From NCBI GenBank assembly GCA_050949055.1, contig JBMNFA010000009.1:257600-321599 (forward strand): a stretch of DNA of 64,000 nt, in the 5' to 3' direction. Below are positions 47,000 through 56,785 of the stretch, piece by piece; the stretch's first letter is position 1; every line of letters begins with the position of its first letter. The notes under the pieces were generated by a model, which ran no database searches, was not told the origin of the DNA, and saw nothing but the letters and a program-made list of their open reading frames with translations. The position numbers and the translations under genes are program-made. Source of the DNA: Bacillota bacterium. GTDB lineage: Bacteria; Bacillota; UBA994; UBA5500.

Positions 47000-47069
47000 G
47001 CATTTGCGAGTATCGCAAAAAACAGTTTACCACAGAACGATGAAAAGTGTCAATTTTGGCGGTCTGCCA

Positions 47070-48347
47070 TCATCTGGCCGGATCGATTTTATCTATGCCC
47101 AAATAGGGCCGCAGCACTTCTGGCACAATTACGCAGCCAGCGGCAGTCTGATAGTTTTCCAATATGGCCGCCACGGTGCGATCGATGGCCAGACCGGAAC
47201 CGTTCAATGTGTGCACGTATTCCGGCTTGGCTTTCGGCTCCGGCCGGAAACGGATGTTGGCCCGCCGCGCCTGGAAGTCTTCGAAATTGCTCACCGATGA
47301 GATCTCCACGTAGCGATCGTAGCTGGGCATCCATACCTCGGGATCATACTTCTTGCTGGCGGTGAAACCGAGATCGCCGGTGCACATCTGCATGATGCGA
47401 TAAGGCAGGCCCAGCAGCTGCAGGATGTGTTCGGCATCGCCCAGCAGCTTCTCCATCTCTGCATAGGAAGTTTCGGGGTGAACAAACTTGACCAGCTCCA
47501 CCTTATGGAATTGGTGCATGCGGATCACTCCCCGCGTGTCGCGCCCCGCCGAGCCGACCTCTGAACGGAATGAGGGACAGTAGGCCACGTGATAGATGGG
47601 CAGGCGGCTTCCATCCAAAATCTCGTCCCGATAGAGATTGGTCACCGGAACCTCTGCCGTCGGGTTGAGGAACCAGTCTTCGTTGGCCAGCTTAAAAGCA
47701 TCTTCTTCAAACTTGGGCAGTTGACCGGTGCCAGTCATGCTGGTGCGGTTGACGATGTAAGGTGGGGCCACCTCGGTATATCCGTGTTGGTTGATGTGTA
47801 CATCCAGCATGAAGTTGATCACCGCCCGATGCAGGCGCGCGCCCCAGCCTTTGTAGACCACGAAGCGGGCACCGGTCACCTTTACCCCGCGCTCCCAGTC
47901 GATGATATCCAAATCGGTGCCAATTTCCCAATGGGGTTTGGGCACAAAGTCGAAGGTGGGCGGAGTACCCCAATCACGCAAGAAAACGTTCTCCTTGTCG
48001 TCTGCGCCTACCGGCACGCTGGCATGGGGCAAGTTGGGGATGGTGAGCAGCTGGTATTCCAACTCTTCCTCCACTGTCTTTAGCTCGCCATCCAACTCCT
48101 TGATGCGTTGGCCCACCTGTTTGGTCTCTTCGATCAGCTCGCTGGCATCTTCTTTGGTACGCTTGCGGCGGGCAACTTCTTTGGAGGCTAGGTTGCGTTG
48201 ATTCTTCAGCTGTTCCACTTCCACCAAGATATCGCGGCGGCGGGCATCCAGTTGCAGGAACTGATCCAGGCTAGCCTGCTCCCCTTTGCTCTCGATCGCC
48301 TGTTTCACAGTGTCCACGTTGGCTCGAATGAATTTGGCATCTAACAT
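47070..48347 (-). CDS. serS: seryl-tRNA synthetase
   Basis: ATG 48345-48347 ([12 protein letters not shown]...). Class II motifs [27 protein letters not shown]. Confidence 0.95.
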   Translation of the reverse strand: MLDAKFIRANVDTVKQAIESKGEQASLDQFLQLDARRRDILVEVEQLKNQRNLASKEVARRKRTKEDASELIEETKQVGQRIKELDGELKTVEEELEYQLLTIPNLPHASVPVGADDKENVFLRDWGTPPTFDFVPKPHWEIGTDLDIIDWERGVKVTGARFVVYKGWGARLHRAVINFMLDVHINQHGYTEVAPPYIVNRTSMTGTGQLPKFEEDAFKLANEDWFLNPTAEVPVTNLYRDEILDGSRLPIYHVAYCPSFRSEVGSAGRDTRGVIRMHQFHKVELVKFVHPETSYAEMEKLLGDAEHILQLLGLPYRIMQMCTGDLGFTASKKYDPEVWMPSYDRYVEISSVSNFEDFQARRANIRFRPEPKAKPEYVHTLNGSGLAIDRTVAAILENYQTAAGCVIVPEVLRPYLGIDKIDPAR

Positions 48348-48399
48348 GCTTCTACCGTCTCCTTTCAAAAAACAATCTAGGCATTGCATCACGCTATCA

Positions 48400-48727
48400 T
48401 ATCGCCTGCATCCCGTGGCGTGGCCACCATGCAGAACCATCAAGTCCCTTCTCTGCGACCGGAACGACAGTTGGGCCGGGGGTTCCGCAAACTATGTAGC
48501 CAGAAAAAACAACGTCCCTCACATCTCTGTGAGGGACGAGCAAAACCCGCGGTACCACCCTGTTTGGCCACACTGCGGTGTGACCCCCTTGCTGCAGATA
48601 ACCGCTGCTGCGGAGCCAGGATTAGGCTGGCTAGCTCGGAAGTGGACTTGCCTGCGCCAGTCGCGATTTGCACCAACCATCGCGTCTCTATATCTGGCCG
48701 TCAAACAAACGTCTTCGTCATGGCTTT
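48400..48727 (-). promoter_or_regulatory. T-box riboswitch leader of serS (T-box AGGGUGGUACCGCGGG; terminator CGUCCCUCACA-GAGA-UGUGAGGGACG + UUGUUUUUU)
   Basis: Canonical T-box sequence seen as its reverse complement at 48547-48560. Intrinsic terminator at 48507-48546. About 380-nt leader between promoter and start codon. Specifier not resolved (UCC in ACUUCCGAG is a candidate). Confidence 0.8.
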
Positions 48728-48734
48728 GGTTTGT

Positions 48735-48773
48735 AGTATACCACCGCTTCGGATAAGATACAACTGAATTGCC
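48735..48773 (-). promoter_or_regulatory. promoter TTGTAT-17-(TG)TATACT driving the serS T-box leader
   Basis: Minus-strand hexamers with an extended -10 TG. Confidence 0.5.
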
Positions 48774-48880
48774 CCACGCGCAAGGGATTCCTGCCCGAAT
48801 GGTGGTTTACTTGCTCTGTTCGGTGGTATACACTTGGGGTGGGATATTGAATACAATACAACAAAAAGGAGTGAATTACT

Positions 48881-50074
48881 GTGAAAGAACGTCTGTCTTC
48901 TCGGGCACAACAGATTAGCCCATCGGTGACGCTAGCCATCGATTCCAAAGCTAAGCAGATGGTCAGCCAGGGTGTCGACGTGATCAGTTTCGGCGTTGGC
49001 GAACCGGATTTTGACACTCCGAAACATATTCGCGACGCGGGCATTGAAGCCATTGAGACCGGCTTTACCCGCTACACGGCGGCAGCCGGCATCAACGATT
49101 TGAAGGCCGCCATTTGCGCCAAGTTGGAGCGCGACAATGGCCTCACCTACACCCCGGATCAGATCGTGGTCAGCAACGGTGCCAAGCACTCGCTGTATAA
49201 CGCCTTGATGGTCCTGGCACAAGAAGGCGATGAGGTGATCATCCCCACACCTTATTGGGTCAGCTATTCCGAGATGGTGAAGATGACGGGCGCTACCCCG
49301 GTCTTCATTGAGACCAAAGAAGAAGAGGACTTCAAACTGCAGGTGGCAGATCTGGAAGCTGCCATCAACGACAAAACCAAGGTCTTGATGCTGAACAGCC
49401 CCAGCAACCCCACCGGCATGGTGTACACCAAAGAAGAGTTGACCGCTATCGGTCAGGTCTGTTTGAAGCACAACCTGTTTGTGGTCACCGACGAGATTTA
49501 TGAGAAGCTGGTCTATGATGGAACCGAGCATCACAGCATTGCCAAACTGGTGCCGGAGCTGAAGGATCAGGTGGTGTTGATCAACGGTATGTCCAAGGCA
49601 TACGCCATGACTGGATGGCGTATTGGCTATACCGCCTCGCACGCAGCCGTCGCCAAGGCGATGGGCAGCATGCAGAGCCACGCCACCTCCAACCCTAACT
49701 CCATCGCCCAGAAGGCCAGCGTAGCTGGTTTGAACGGCCCAGAAGAGCCGATCAAGGCGATGGTAGCCGAGTTCTCCAAGCGGCGTGATTTCATGGTGGA
49801 GCGGGTAAACCAGATCAAGGGTCTCTCCTGCCGCAAGCCGCAAGGCGCCTTCTACGTGATGGCCAACGTGCAACAGCTGTACGGCAAGACCATCGGCGGC
49901 GAAGTGATCAAGGACGATCTGCAGTTTGCCGGCCTGGTTCTGGAGAAAGCCCATGTGGCAATCGTTCCTGGCGCAGCCTTTGGCTCTCCTGGCTTTGTGC
50001 GGTTGTCCTACGCCACATCCATGGAGAAGATCAAAGAGGGGCTCGACCGCCTCGATCAGTTCATCAACGGCTAA
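48881..50074 (+). CDS. aspB: aspartate/aromatic-family PLP aminotransferase (class I)
   Basis: GTG start after SD AGGAG. SPSNPTGMVYT, NGMSKAYAMTGWRIGY (PLP lysine motif). Confidence 0.88.
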   Translation: MKERLSSRAQQISPSVTLAIDSKAKQMVSQGVDVISFGVGEPDFDTPKHIRDAGIEAIETGFTRYTAAAGINDLKAAICAKLERDNGLTYTPDQIVVSNGAKHSLYNALMVLAQEGDEVIIPTPYWVSYSEMVKMTGATPVFIETKEEEDFKLQVADLEAAINDKTKVLMLNSPSNPTGMVYTKEELTAIGQVCLKHNLFVVTDEIYEKLVYDGTEHHSIAKLVPELKDQVVLINGMSKAYAMTGWRIGYTASHAAVAKAMGSMQSHATSNPNSIAQKASVAGLNGPEEPIKAMVAEFSKRRDFMVERVNQIKGLSCRKPQGAFYVMANVQQLYGKTIGGEVIKDDLQFAGLVLEKAHVAIVPGAAFGSPGFVRLSYATSMEKIKEGLDRLDQFING

Positions 50075-50131
50075 GCAAGCAGAAACAGAGAGTGTCAGGG
50101 GGAGAGCGTTTGCTCTCCCCCTTTGTCGACC

Positions 50132-50722
50132 CTATACTGACTCGGCCGCCAGCAGCTTTCGCATCTCCAAGCGGGCGCGATAGAGCCGACAGCGCACCGA
50201 CTCGATGGAACACCCAAAAGCCTGCGCCAATTCCTCGTAGGAGAATTGCTTCACGTATTTTAGAACCAAGAGCCGCTGGTAAGGTTTTGGCAGCCCAGCC
50301 AAGGCAGCTGTTATGGAGCGCCGCAAATCCTGCAATTCCAGGCGGCGGGCGATGTCCTCTCCTTGGGCCAGTCGCTCAACCTGGCGGGATTCGCCAAAGT
50401 CGCCGTCCATGGAGATGAAGCGCAGGCGAGAACTCTTCTTCAGGCGGTCCTTATGGACATTGGCCATGATCCGACGGACCCAGGTGGCGAAGGAGGCTTC
50501 TCCGCGAAAGTTGGGCCAGGCACTGTAAGCCTTAGCCAGGGCTTCTTGCACCAGGTCTTCAGCCTCCTGCAGACTGCCAGTCCAACGGCGCGCCTGCGCC
50601 CGCAGCGCCTCCCAGCAGGAATAGAGTGCTTGCTCGAATGCAGTTGCCGAGAAATCGGTGTTCACACCCAGCCCTCCCTTGCATGAATCAGTAGTGATAG
50701 GCAATAATAGAAAATGGTCCAA
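50132..50722 (-). CDS. ECF-type RNA polymerase sigma-70 family factor (start uncertain)
   Basis: Region 2 (DLVQEALAKAYSAW) and region 4 HTH (SYEELAQAFGCSIESVRCRLYRAR). Confidence 0.8.
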   Translation of the reverse strand: MDHFLLLPITTDSCKGGLGVNTDFSATAFEQALYSCWEALRAQARRWTGSLQEAEDLVQEALAKAYSAWPNFRGEASFATWVRRIMANVHKDRLKKSSRLRFISMDGDFGESRQVERLAQGEDIARRLELQDLRRSITAALAGLPKPYQRLLVLKYVKQFSYEELAQAFGCSIESVRCRLYRARLEMRKLLAAESV

Positions 50723-50747
50723 TTTACCAAAGGGATTTGATGTACAT

Positions 50748-52859
50748 ATGGCTATTGCTAAATCTGATCGTCAATCTAAGAGGCCGCGACTGCTGAAATG
50801 GCTGAGCAGAATCGCTTTGGCTGGTGCCTCATTGGCCGTTATATTAGTTATTCTGCTGATCAGCTACGTTACCTTCTGGCCGTTTGAAGTTGTTCCCCAA
50901 CGGTTAACCACCAATGTGTTGGCAGACGACGGAGAATTGTTGACCAGCATCTACGTAGAGAATCGACGGCCGGTTACATTGGATGAAATCTCACCGCATT
51001 TCTTGCAGGCGGTGATTGCGGTGGAAGACGCCCGCTTCTATCGACATCATGGCATCGATTTCATCCGCCTGGGCAGGGTGGCGCTGAATTTCCTGCAGAC
51101 CGGATCAAGGGCGCAGGGCGCCAGCACCTTAACTCAGCAGTTGGCCCGGTTGCTCTATCTATCGCTGGACAAGAGCTTCGTACGCAAGGCCCAGGAGGCG
51201 GTAATCGCCCTGCAGCTGGAGCAGCACTTGAGCAAGGACGAAATCCTGGAGATGTATGTAAACCAGAATTATATGGGGCACGGGTTGTATGGCATCCAGA
51301 ACATTTCCCAGTTCTATTTCGGGAAGGATGCCAAGGACCTCAGTTTGCCCCAGGCAGCCATGTTGGCCGGGGTGATTCAAAACCCGGAAGGCTATTCGCT
51401 GATCCGCAACTTCTCCGCTGCCCGCAACCGACAGCGCATAGTGCTCAACCGGATGGTGGCCGTGGGTGCTATCACCCAGGAGCAAGCGGAAGCAGCCTAC
51501 GCCGATGAAGCTGCGGTCACCCCCATCCGGCAGCAGGGGAGCCAGGTTTCAGCCGGCTATGTCAAGGAAGCCATCGTCAGACATCTGAACAACAACTACT
51601 TGAACGGCACCCAGTATGCCTATCGCGGCGGGTTGACGGTGCAAACCACCATCAACCGCAAGTTGCAGGCGGCAGCAGAGAAAGCAGTGAAGGACGGGTT
51701 TGCTTATCTGGACAGCGCCGGGATATTGAGGAAGGACCAGGATGGCAATCTGTTAGCCAATGTCGCCCTGGTGGCCATCGACCCGCGTAGCGGAGAGATC
51801 AAGGCGATGGTCGGCGGCAAGAGCTACAGCGAGAGCACCTATAACCGGGTCTATGCCGAGAGGCCGCCCGGCTCAGCCTTTAAGCCATTGATTTACGCGG
51901 AGGCCTTGCGCCTGGGTAAGACGACGTTAGCCACCCCAGTGCTGAGCGCACCGACCACCTTCGAGATTCCAGGGCAAGAACCCTGGCAGCCCAGCAATTT
52001 CGGCGGCAAGTTCGCCGATGAAGAGCTGAGCGTGCGGGAAGCCATCGTCCGCTCGGACAACGTGATCGCCGCCAAAGTGATGGAAGAACTGGGCCCCATC
52101 CACGTGGTGGAGTTGGCGCAGGCGTTAGGTATCGACCTCAAGCCCAGCGACGCGGTGCTGTCGCTCAGCTTGGGAACCAAAGATGTCTCGCCGCTGGAGT
52201 TGGCGGTAGCTTTTGCGGCCTTCGCCAACGGGGGGATGAAGGTGGAGCCGGTGATGATTCAGCAGGTAAACGGCCCCAGGGGAGAAGCCTGGGAAACGGC
52301 CAAGGTGTCATCCCCTACCCGGGTGCTGGACGAGCGCATCGCTTGGCTGATCACCGACACGCTGCGGGACGTGCTCACAGACGGGACGGGACAGCCGGTG
52401 CTGCAATGGTACAGTGACTCACGAGCGGCAGCCAAGACTGGCACCACCGATGCCAACGGGCGAGTGAACAGCGCGTGGATTGCAGGATACACACCGGACC
52501 TGGTGGCTGTGGTCTACATCGGAGCGGATGACTATAACCAACCGATCGCCGCCAATAACCGCGTGGGCGGGGGCAGCATTGCCGGACCGGTCTGGGGCAA
52601 GTTCATGGCCGAAGCGGCGAAGATTTTGCCCAAGTCCCCATTGTTGGAGCAACCGGAGGGAATAGTGCAGGCAGAGGTATGTGCCAGTTCCGGACAGAAA
52701 GCCACTTTCCTCTGCCCGCGCGAGGAACGGTATGAAGAGTACTTCCTGACAGAGTACGCACCCACCGGGGGCTGCCCAGAGCATGGCGGCATCCCGCTGC
52801 CCGACGACGGGCTTTCCTGGTGGCAGCGACTGTTCCCAGGGCTGTTCGGAAATCCCTAG
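50748..52859 (+). CDS. class A penicillin-binding protein (PBP1A: glycosyltransferase + transpeptidase)
   Basis: ATG 50748. GT51 motifs EDARFYRHHGID, GASTLTQQLAR. Transpeptidase SAFKP, SDN, KTG(T). Confidence 0.92.
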   Translation: MAIAKSDRQSKRPRLLKWLSRIALAGASLAVILVILLISYVTFWPFEVVPQRLTTNVLADDGELLTSIYVENRRPVTLDEISPHFLQAVIAVEDARFYRHHGIDFIRLGRVALNFLQTGSRAQGASTLTQQLARLLYLSLDKSFVRKAQEAVIALQLEQHLSKDEILEMYVNQNYMGHGLYGIQNISQFYFGKDAKDLSLPQAAMLAGVIQNPEGYSLIRNFSAARNRQRIVLNRMVAVGAITQEQAEAAYADEAAVTPIRQQGSQVSAGYVKEAIVRHLNNNYLNGTQYAYRGGLTVQTTINRKLQAAAEKAVKDGFAYLDSAGILRKDQDGNLLANVALVAIDPRSGEIKAMVGGKSYSESTYNRVYAERPPGSAFKPLIYAEALRLGKTTLATPVLSAPTTFEIPGQEPWQPSNFGGKFADEELSVREAIVRSDNVIAAKVMEELGPIHVVELAQALGIDLKPSDAVLSLSLGTKDVSPLELAVAFAAFANGGMKVEPVMIQQVNGPRGEAWETAKVSSPTRVLDERIAWLITDTLRDVLTDGTGQPVLQWYSDSRAAAKTGTTDANGRVNSAWIAGYTPDLVAVVYIGADDYNQPIAANNRVGGGSIAGPVWGKFMAEAAKILPKSPLLEQPEGIVQAEVCASSGQKATFLCPREERYEEYFLTEYAPTGGCPEHGGIPLPDDGLSWWQRLFPGLFGNP

Positions 52860-53572
52860 GGCTGCCAGGGGACCAACTTGCCTTCGAGGTAATGCGGGAC
52901 TAGCCGGCTGACGTTGTGCTCGGCAGCGTAGCGGACGTCGGCTCCCATGCCCAACTTGGTGAGTCCCTGCCCGCTGGCGGTTCGAAGCAGCGCTGAGGGC
53001 AGGTCGCAAGCTACCTGCAAGTAAGAGAATAGCGCAATCTGAGCCGCGTCTGTCACCTCGATGGCGACGCGGCTTTGCATTTCCTTGATTAACGCTCCGG
53101 CACAGAACACATCCTCCGCTGCCACCTGCCCCCTGGTGCCAGAACAGACCAGCAATACCGGTTGTGCCTCCTGACAAAGGACGGCTGCCAGCGCGGCAGC
53201 GTTGCGCAAGCTGCCCACCAGCACCCGGCGACCTGCCTGCACCTGCTTCAGCGCGCGGGTGCCATTGCTGGTGGTGTAGACCACGGGTAACGGCTGCTCA
53301 ATCCGACGGTATTCCAGTGGCGAATTGCCGAAATCGAAACCTTGTGGGCGAACTCGATGGCGTTCGCCACCCAGATAACATTGGCCCCGCAGGCTCTGGT
53401 GCAGGGACTGCGCTTCTTCCAGCGTGGCTACTGGGATAAGCCAGGGAATGTGGCATTCCAGAGCGGCCAGAATGGTGGTGCTGGCCCGCAGCACGTCGAT
53501 CACCACCACGTTTACATCGGTGAGAGGGGCCGCTGGCAGACCCTCCAGCGTAAGACAAGCATCGACCCGCAT
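52856..53572 (-). CDS. 2-phosphosulfolactate phosphatase (ComB) family protein
   Basis: ATG 53570-53572 after SD GGGAGGAG. ComB-like VIDVLRASTTI, GGERHR, DFGNSP. Confidence 0.65.
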   Translation of the reverse strand: MRVDACLTLEGLPAAPLTDVNVVVIDVLRASTTILAALECHIPWLIPVATLEEAQSLHQSLRGQCYLGGERHRVRPQGFDFGNSPLEYRRIEQPLPVVYTTSNGTRALKQVQAGRRVLVGSLRNAAALAAVLCQEAQPVLLVCSGTRGQVAAEDVFCAGALIKEMQSRVAIEVTDAAQIALFSYLQVACDLPSALLRTASGQGLTKLGMGADVRYAAEHNVSRLVPHYLEGKLVPWQP

Positions 53573-54033
53573 CTTTATCACTCCTCCCGGGACTAGGGGA
53601 TGGCCCCTGCTCCCGCTCTTTTCATCTGTCCTGGTTGCAGCGCACTGCAGGCGGCGGCCAGGGGGCTGGTTCAGGCGCGGCTTATCCGCAAGAGGTGGGC
53701 CTTTCAGCACATGGGCCGACTTACCCAGGCACGCGCATGACCCACGTAACTCTTCTATTCCACCAAACGGCGGCCATTCCTGTCTGGGAATGGCCGCTGC
53801 AAGCTCTACTTTCTACTGATCCTCACCTTCCCCTCTTTGTCGGGCCCCTGCTGCACGTATTGCGATAAGGTTGGCCGAGGCGCTCAGCGTGCTGCTGGTA
53901 ATTGAGGGGCAACGGGTCATGATCGCTGATCAGCATCGGGGGCTCCCCTCCCCCGCCTGTGGCACGTCCGGGTTGTCAAACTCAGAAACCCCTTCATACG
54001 ATAAAGGGATCAAGAACACGGAGGTGCAATCAG

Positions 54034-54948
54034 ATGCAGGCAATCAAGAAGACCCGGGTAGCAGTGGTTGGGTTGGGCAATGTGGGTAAAGGCGCATTGG
54101 ATGCTATAGAGACCGCACCGGATATGGAATTGGCGGGAATTGTGGTTAGGGAACATAGGATCAGCGGCCTGCGCAAGACCTATCCTGCGGTGGCAGTGGT
54201 CAGCGACATCAGGCAGCTGGAAGAGGTGGATGTGACAATTCTGGCCGCACCCAGCCGCAGCGTCCCGGAGTTGGCCCAAGAGGTGCTGGCTCTAGGGATT
54301 TGTACGGTGGACAGCTTTGACATTCACGGGCAGGAGCTGTGGCAGTTACGCCAGGACTTGGAGGAGGTGGCCAGGGCGGCGGGAGCGGTGGCAATTTCGG
54401 CGGCGGGATGGGATCCGGGAACTGATTCCATGATTCGCGCCATCTTTGCCATGCAGGCGCCGCGGGGCATCAGCTACACCAACTTCGGGCCGGGCATGAG
54501 CATGGGCCATACGGTCGCAGCGAAGCAGATCCCCGGAGTGAAGAATGCTCTCTCCATGACGTTGCCCCAGGGTTTGGGCCAGCACAAGCGGGCAGTCTAT
54601 GTGGAGTTGGAGCCAGAAGCAGAGTTGGCCGCCGTTAAGGAGGCCGTTTTGCGTGACCCCTATTTCAGCCATGACGAAACGCAGGTGTTGGCCGTGGCGG
54701 ACGTGGAGGAGCTGATGGACTTTGGTCATGGGGTGCTGCTGGAGCGGCGGGGCGTAGCTGGGAAGACGGGCAACCAGGTCTTCCGCTACGAAAGCCGGAT
54801 GACTAATCCGGCGGTCACCGGCCAGGTACTCGTCTCAGCTGCCCGGGCTACACAGCGCTTGCCTGCCGGCGCATATACCATGCTGGAGGTACCGTTGGCC
54901 TGTTTCTTGCCGGGGGAATTGCAGGATATTGTGGAGAGACTGGTTTAG
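54034..54948 (+). CDS. ddh: meso-diaminopimelate D-dehydrogenase
   Basis: ATG 54034 after SD GGAGG. RVAVVGLGNVGK, GWDPG, GPGMSMGHT, IPGVKNA, AGAYTMLEV parallel Corynebacterium Ddh. Confidence 0.85.
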   Translation: MQAIKKTRVAVVGLGNVGKGALDAIETAPDMELAGIVVREHRISGLRKTYPAVAVVSDIRQLEEVDVTILAAPSRSVPELAQEVLALGICTVDSFDIHGQELWQLRQDLEEVARAAGAVAISAAGWDPGTDSMIRAIFAMQAPRGISYTNFGPGMSMGHTVAAKQIPGVKNALSMTLPQGLGQHKRAVYVELEPEAELAAVKEAVLRDPYFSHDETQVLAVADVEELMDFGHGVLLERRGVAGKTGNQVFRYESRMTNPAVTGQVLVSAARATQRLPAGAYTMLEVPLACFLPGELQDIVERLV

Positions 54949-54962
54949 AGCGTGGGGCGTGC

Positions 54963-55604
54963 TCAATCGGCATCGGTGACGATGACCAGCAGGATGCCGT
55001 CGGCTAGTTGAATGGATACCTCATCCTGCAGTGGGATGTTGCTGATGCCGATGGAATCCCCCCAGCGCAAAGTACGGTTGGAAAGTGAATAGTAAAATCC
55101 GGTGAGGGTAACGCCCTTCACCTGCTCGGTCAGGGGCAGCAGGGAGACTAGGCGATCCCGGCTGCCTCGCAACGTCAACTGGTCTTGCACCAGATAGACA
55201 TCGGTCCGCCCATCGGTGAGACCGATGTTTACGCCTTGACGCACATAGGGCGGCAGGATGAACAGATTGGCCAGGGCATGGTCCAGCCGCCCGCCAAACG
55301 CCCCCACCAGCAGAATCTCGCGAAACCCAGCCGCTATAGCTTCCTGCAGCGCCAAGTCGGTATCTGTATGGTCCTTTTCGGCAGGCAAAGTGAGGCGCCT
55401 GATGCCCAGCTGATCCGCTTGCTGCAAGTAGCTTGGGGGCAGCGAGTCGAAGTCTCCCACCATCAGGTCCGGAACCAAATCCATACTCAAGACCTTGGCA
55501 AAAGCTCCATCGGCAGCAACTAACCAGTCCCCCGGCTGCAGCCTGGCCTTAACGCCGGCCAGATCGCTATATTCCCCATTGCTGAACACCACGGCACGGG
55601 CCAT
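54963..55604 (-). CDS. thiN: thiamine diphosphokinase
   Basis: VGDFDSL, EKDHTDTDLAL, GAFGGRLDH. Confidence 0.8.
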   Translation of the reverse strand: MARAVVFSNGEYSDLAGVKARLQPGDWLVAADGAFAKVLSMDLVPDLMVGDFDSLPPSYLQQADQLGIRRLTLPAEKDHTDTDLALQEAIAAGFREILLVGAFGGRLDHALANLFILPPYVRQGVNIGLTDGRTDVYLVQDQLTLRGSRDRLVSLLPLTEQVKGVTLTGFYYSLSNRTLRWGDSIGISNIPLQDEVSIQLADGILLVIVTDAD

Positions 55605-55645
55605 CGGTGCCTACCTCCTTCAAATCGGGTGATGTTTCGGGTGTG

Positions 55646-55716
55646 GAAGGTTACAAGGTACGCGTCCCGCTGTATCCTTCGGGTGGCGAAGGATACCGGG
55701 TACGCGTCCCGCTGTA
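55646..55716. repeat. two direct copies of the 19-mer GGTACGCGTCCCGCTGTAT flanking a CCTTCG...CGAAGG hairpin (same repeat family as 21023-21080)
   Basis: Read directly. Intergenic between thiN and the ABC-2 permease gene. Confidence 0.8.
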
Positions 55717-55720
55717 TCGT

Positions 55721-56785
55721 TTATTCTTCGCGGCCTAGCAGGGAAGCGGCCAACTGCAGGCTGACAACGCCGGTGATCAGCAGGTATCCGACGGAGAAGG
55801 CGCTGGGGTCGACCCCATGAATCAGATACTCGCGCACAACCTGGGCGCTGATCAGCGTGGGCACGGTGCTGGTCAGGCGCTCCAACCAGACCGGCAGGGT
55901 TACAGGCAGGGAAGCCAAGAACATGGCCGGCAGCGTGAGCACAAAGCGCCAGCCGTTGCCCTCGTTGGCCCCGCGTACGTAAGTGCCTACCAATAGACCG
56001 AGCGAAACTGAGTTAAAAGTAACCAGCAGCATGGTCAGATAGAATACCGGGTCGGCCAGAAAGGCTGCCGGCATCAAGAGCCAGATCAACAGCACGATCA
56101 GGGTTAGCGGCAACAGGCTGCTGAACAGGGCGGCACCCAACTTGGCCCAGATGATCCCCTGGTCTGACAGCGGCGACTTGCGCAGGGAAACCAGCGTCTT
56201 CTTGTCCCGTTCCATGCTGATGCTCTGCTGTCCTAGGCTGAGGGCAGTCATTACCCCCATGATCACAAACAGTGATGAAAAGACTAGCTGTGCCGCCGAG
56301 CTCACCTGTTCCCCCGTATCATGGGCTTCCCAGCGAATTGACGCCAGCACTTCCCCGGGGTCAGGCATCATCTGGGAAAGCTTCTGCTCGGCCAAGCGAA
56401 GATTCAGCTGCTGCACAAACTCTGCAAACAGTGCTTCTGCCACTGCCCCGGCGGTGTTGGCTGTATTGGCGTACATCCGTGCCGAGTCCGGCTGCAGCAG
56501 GATGTAGGCATGCAGTACTCCGGCTTGCAGCCTGCGCTCCGCCTCCTCTGCCCCTAGGCGGTAGGTGGTCAAGTGTATCTGCTCGTTGTCCTGTTTGGCC
56601 GCCTGCTCCAAGTAGGTGATCAGTTGCACATCGCCCACCAGACCGACAGCCACTTCCATTGCCTGCCCCTGCAGGTAAATGTTCACCGCCAACAGGATTA
56701 TGGGCAGCATAATCATCCACAGCAGTTCCCGCCGATTGCGCAGCACCGTACGAATATCCTTACGCAACAGAACCAGCGCTCTCAT
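55721..56785 (-). CDS. ABC-2-family transporter permease
   Basis: 354 aa, 6 TM. Confidence 0.7.
   Translation of the reverse strand: MRALVLLRKDIRTVLRNRRELLWMIMLPIILLAVNIYLQGQAMEVAVGLVGDVQLITYLEQAAKQDNEQIHLTTYRLGAEEAERRLQAGVLHAYILLQPDSARMYANTANTAGAVAEALFAEFVQQLNLRLAEQKLSQMMPDPGEVLASIRWEAHDTGEQVSSAAQLVFSSLFVIMGVMTALSLGQQSISMERDKKTLVSLRKSPLSDQGIIWAKLGAALFSSLLPLTLIVLLIWLLMPAAFLADPVFYLTMLLVTFNSVSLGLLVGTYVRGANEGNGWRFVLTLPAMFLASLPVTLPVWLERLTSTVPTLISAQVVREYLIHGVDPSAFSVGYLLITGVVSLQLAASLLGREE

Noticed and set aside
48932-49954. 340-aa minus-strand ORF
   Set aside because: Antisense to the aminotransferase gene, which has a PLP-lysine motif in the plus frame.
53860-54033. Lysine (L-box) riboswitch upstream of ddh
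   Set aside because: Only short resemblances (CCGAGGCGC, GGGTTGTCAAAC) and about 105 nt between them, which is too short for the ~170-nt, five-helix L-box, and the GCCGAAG core is missing. Left as an unexplained 460-bp divergent intergenic region.
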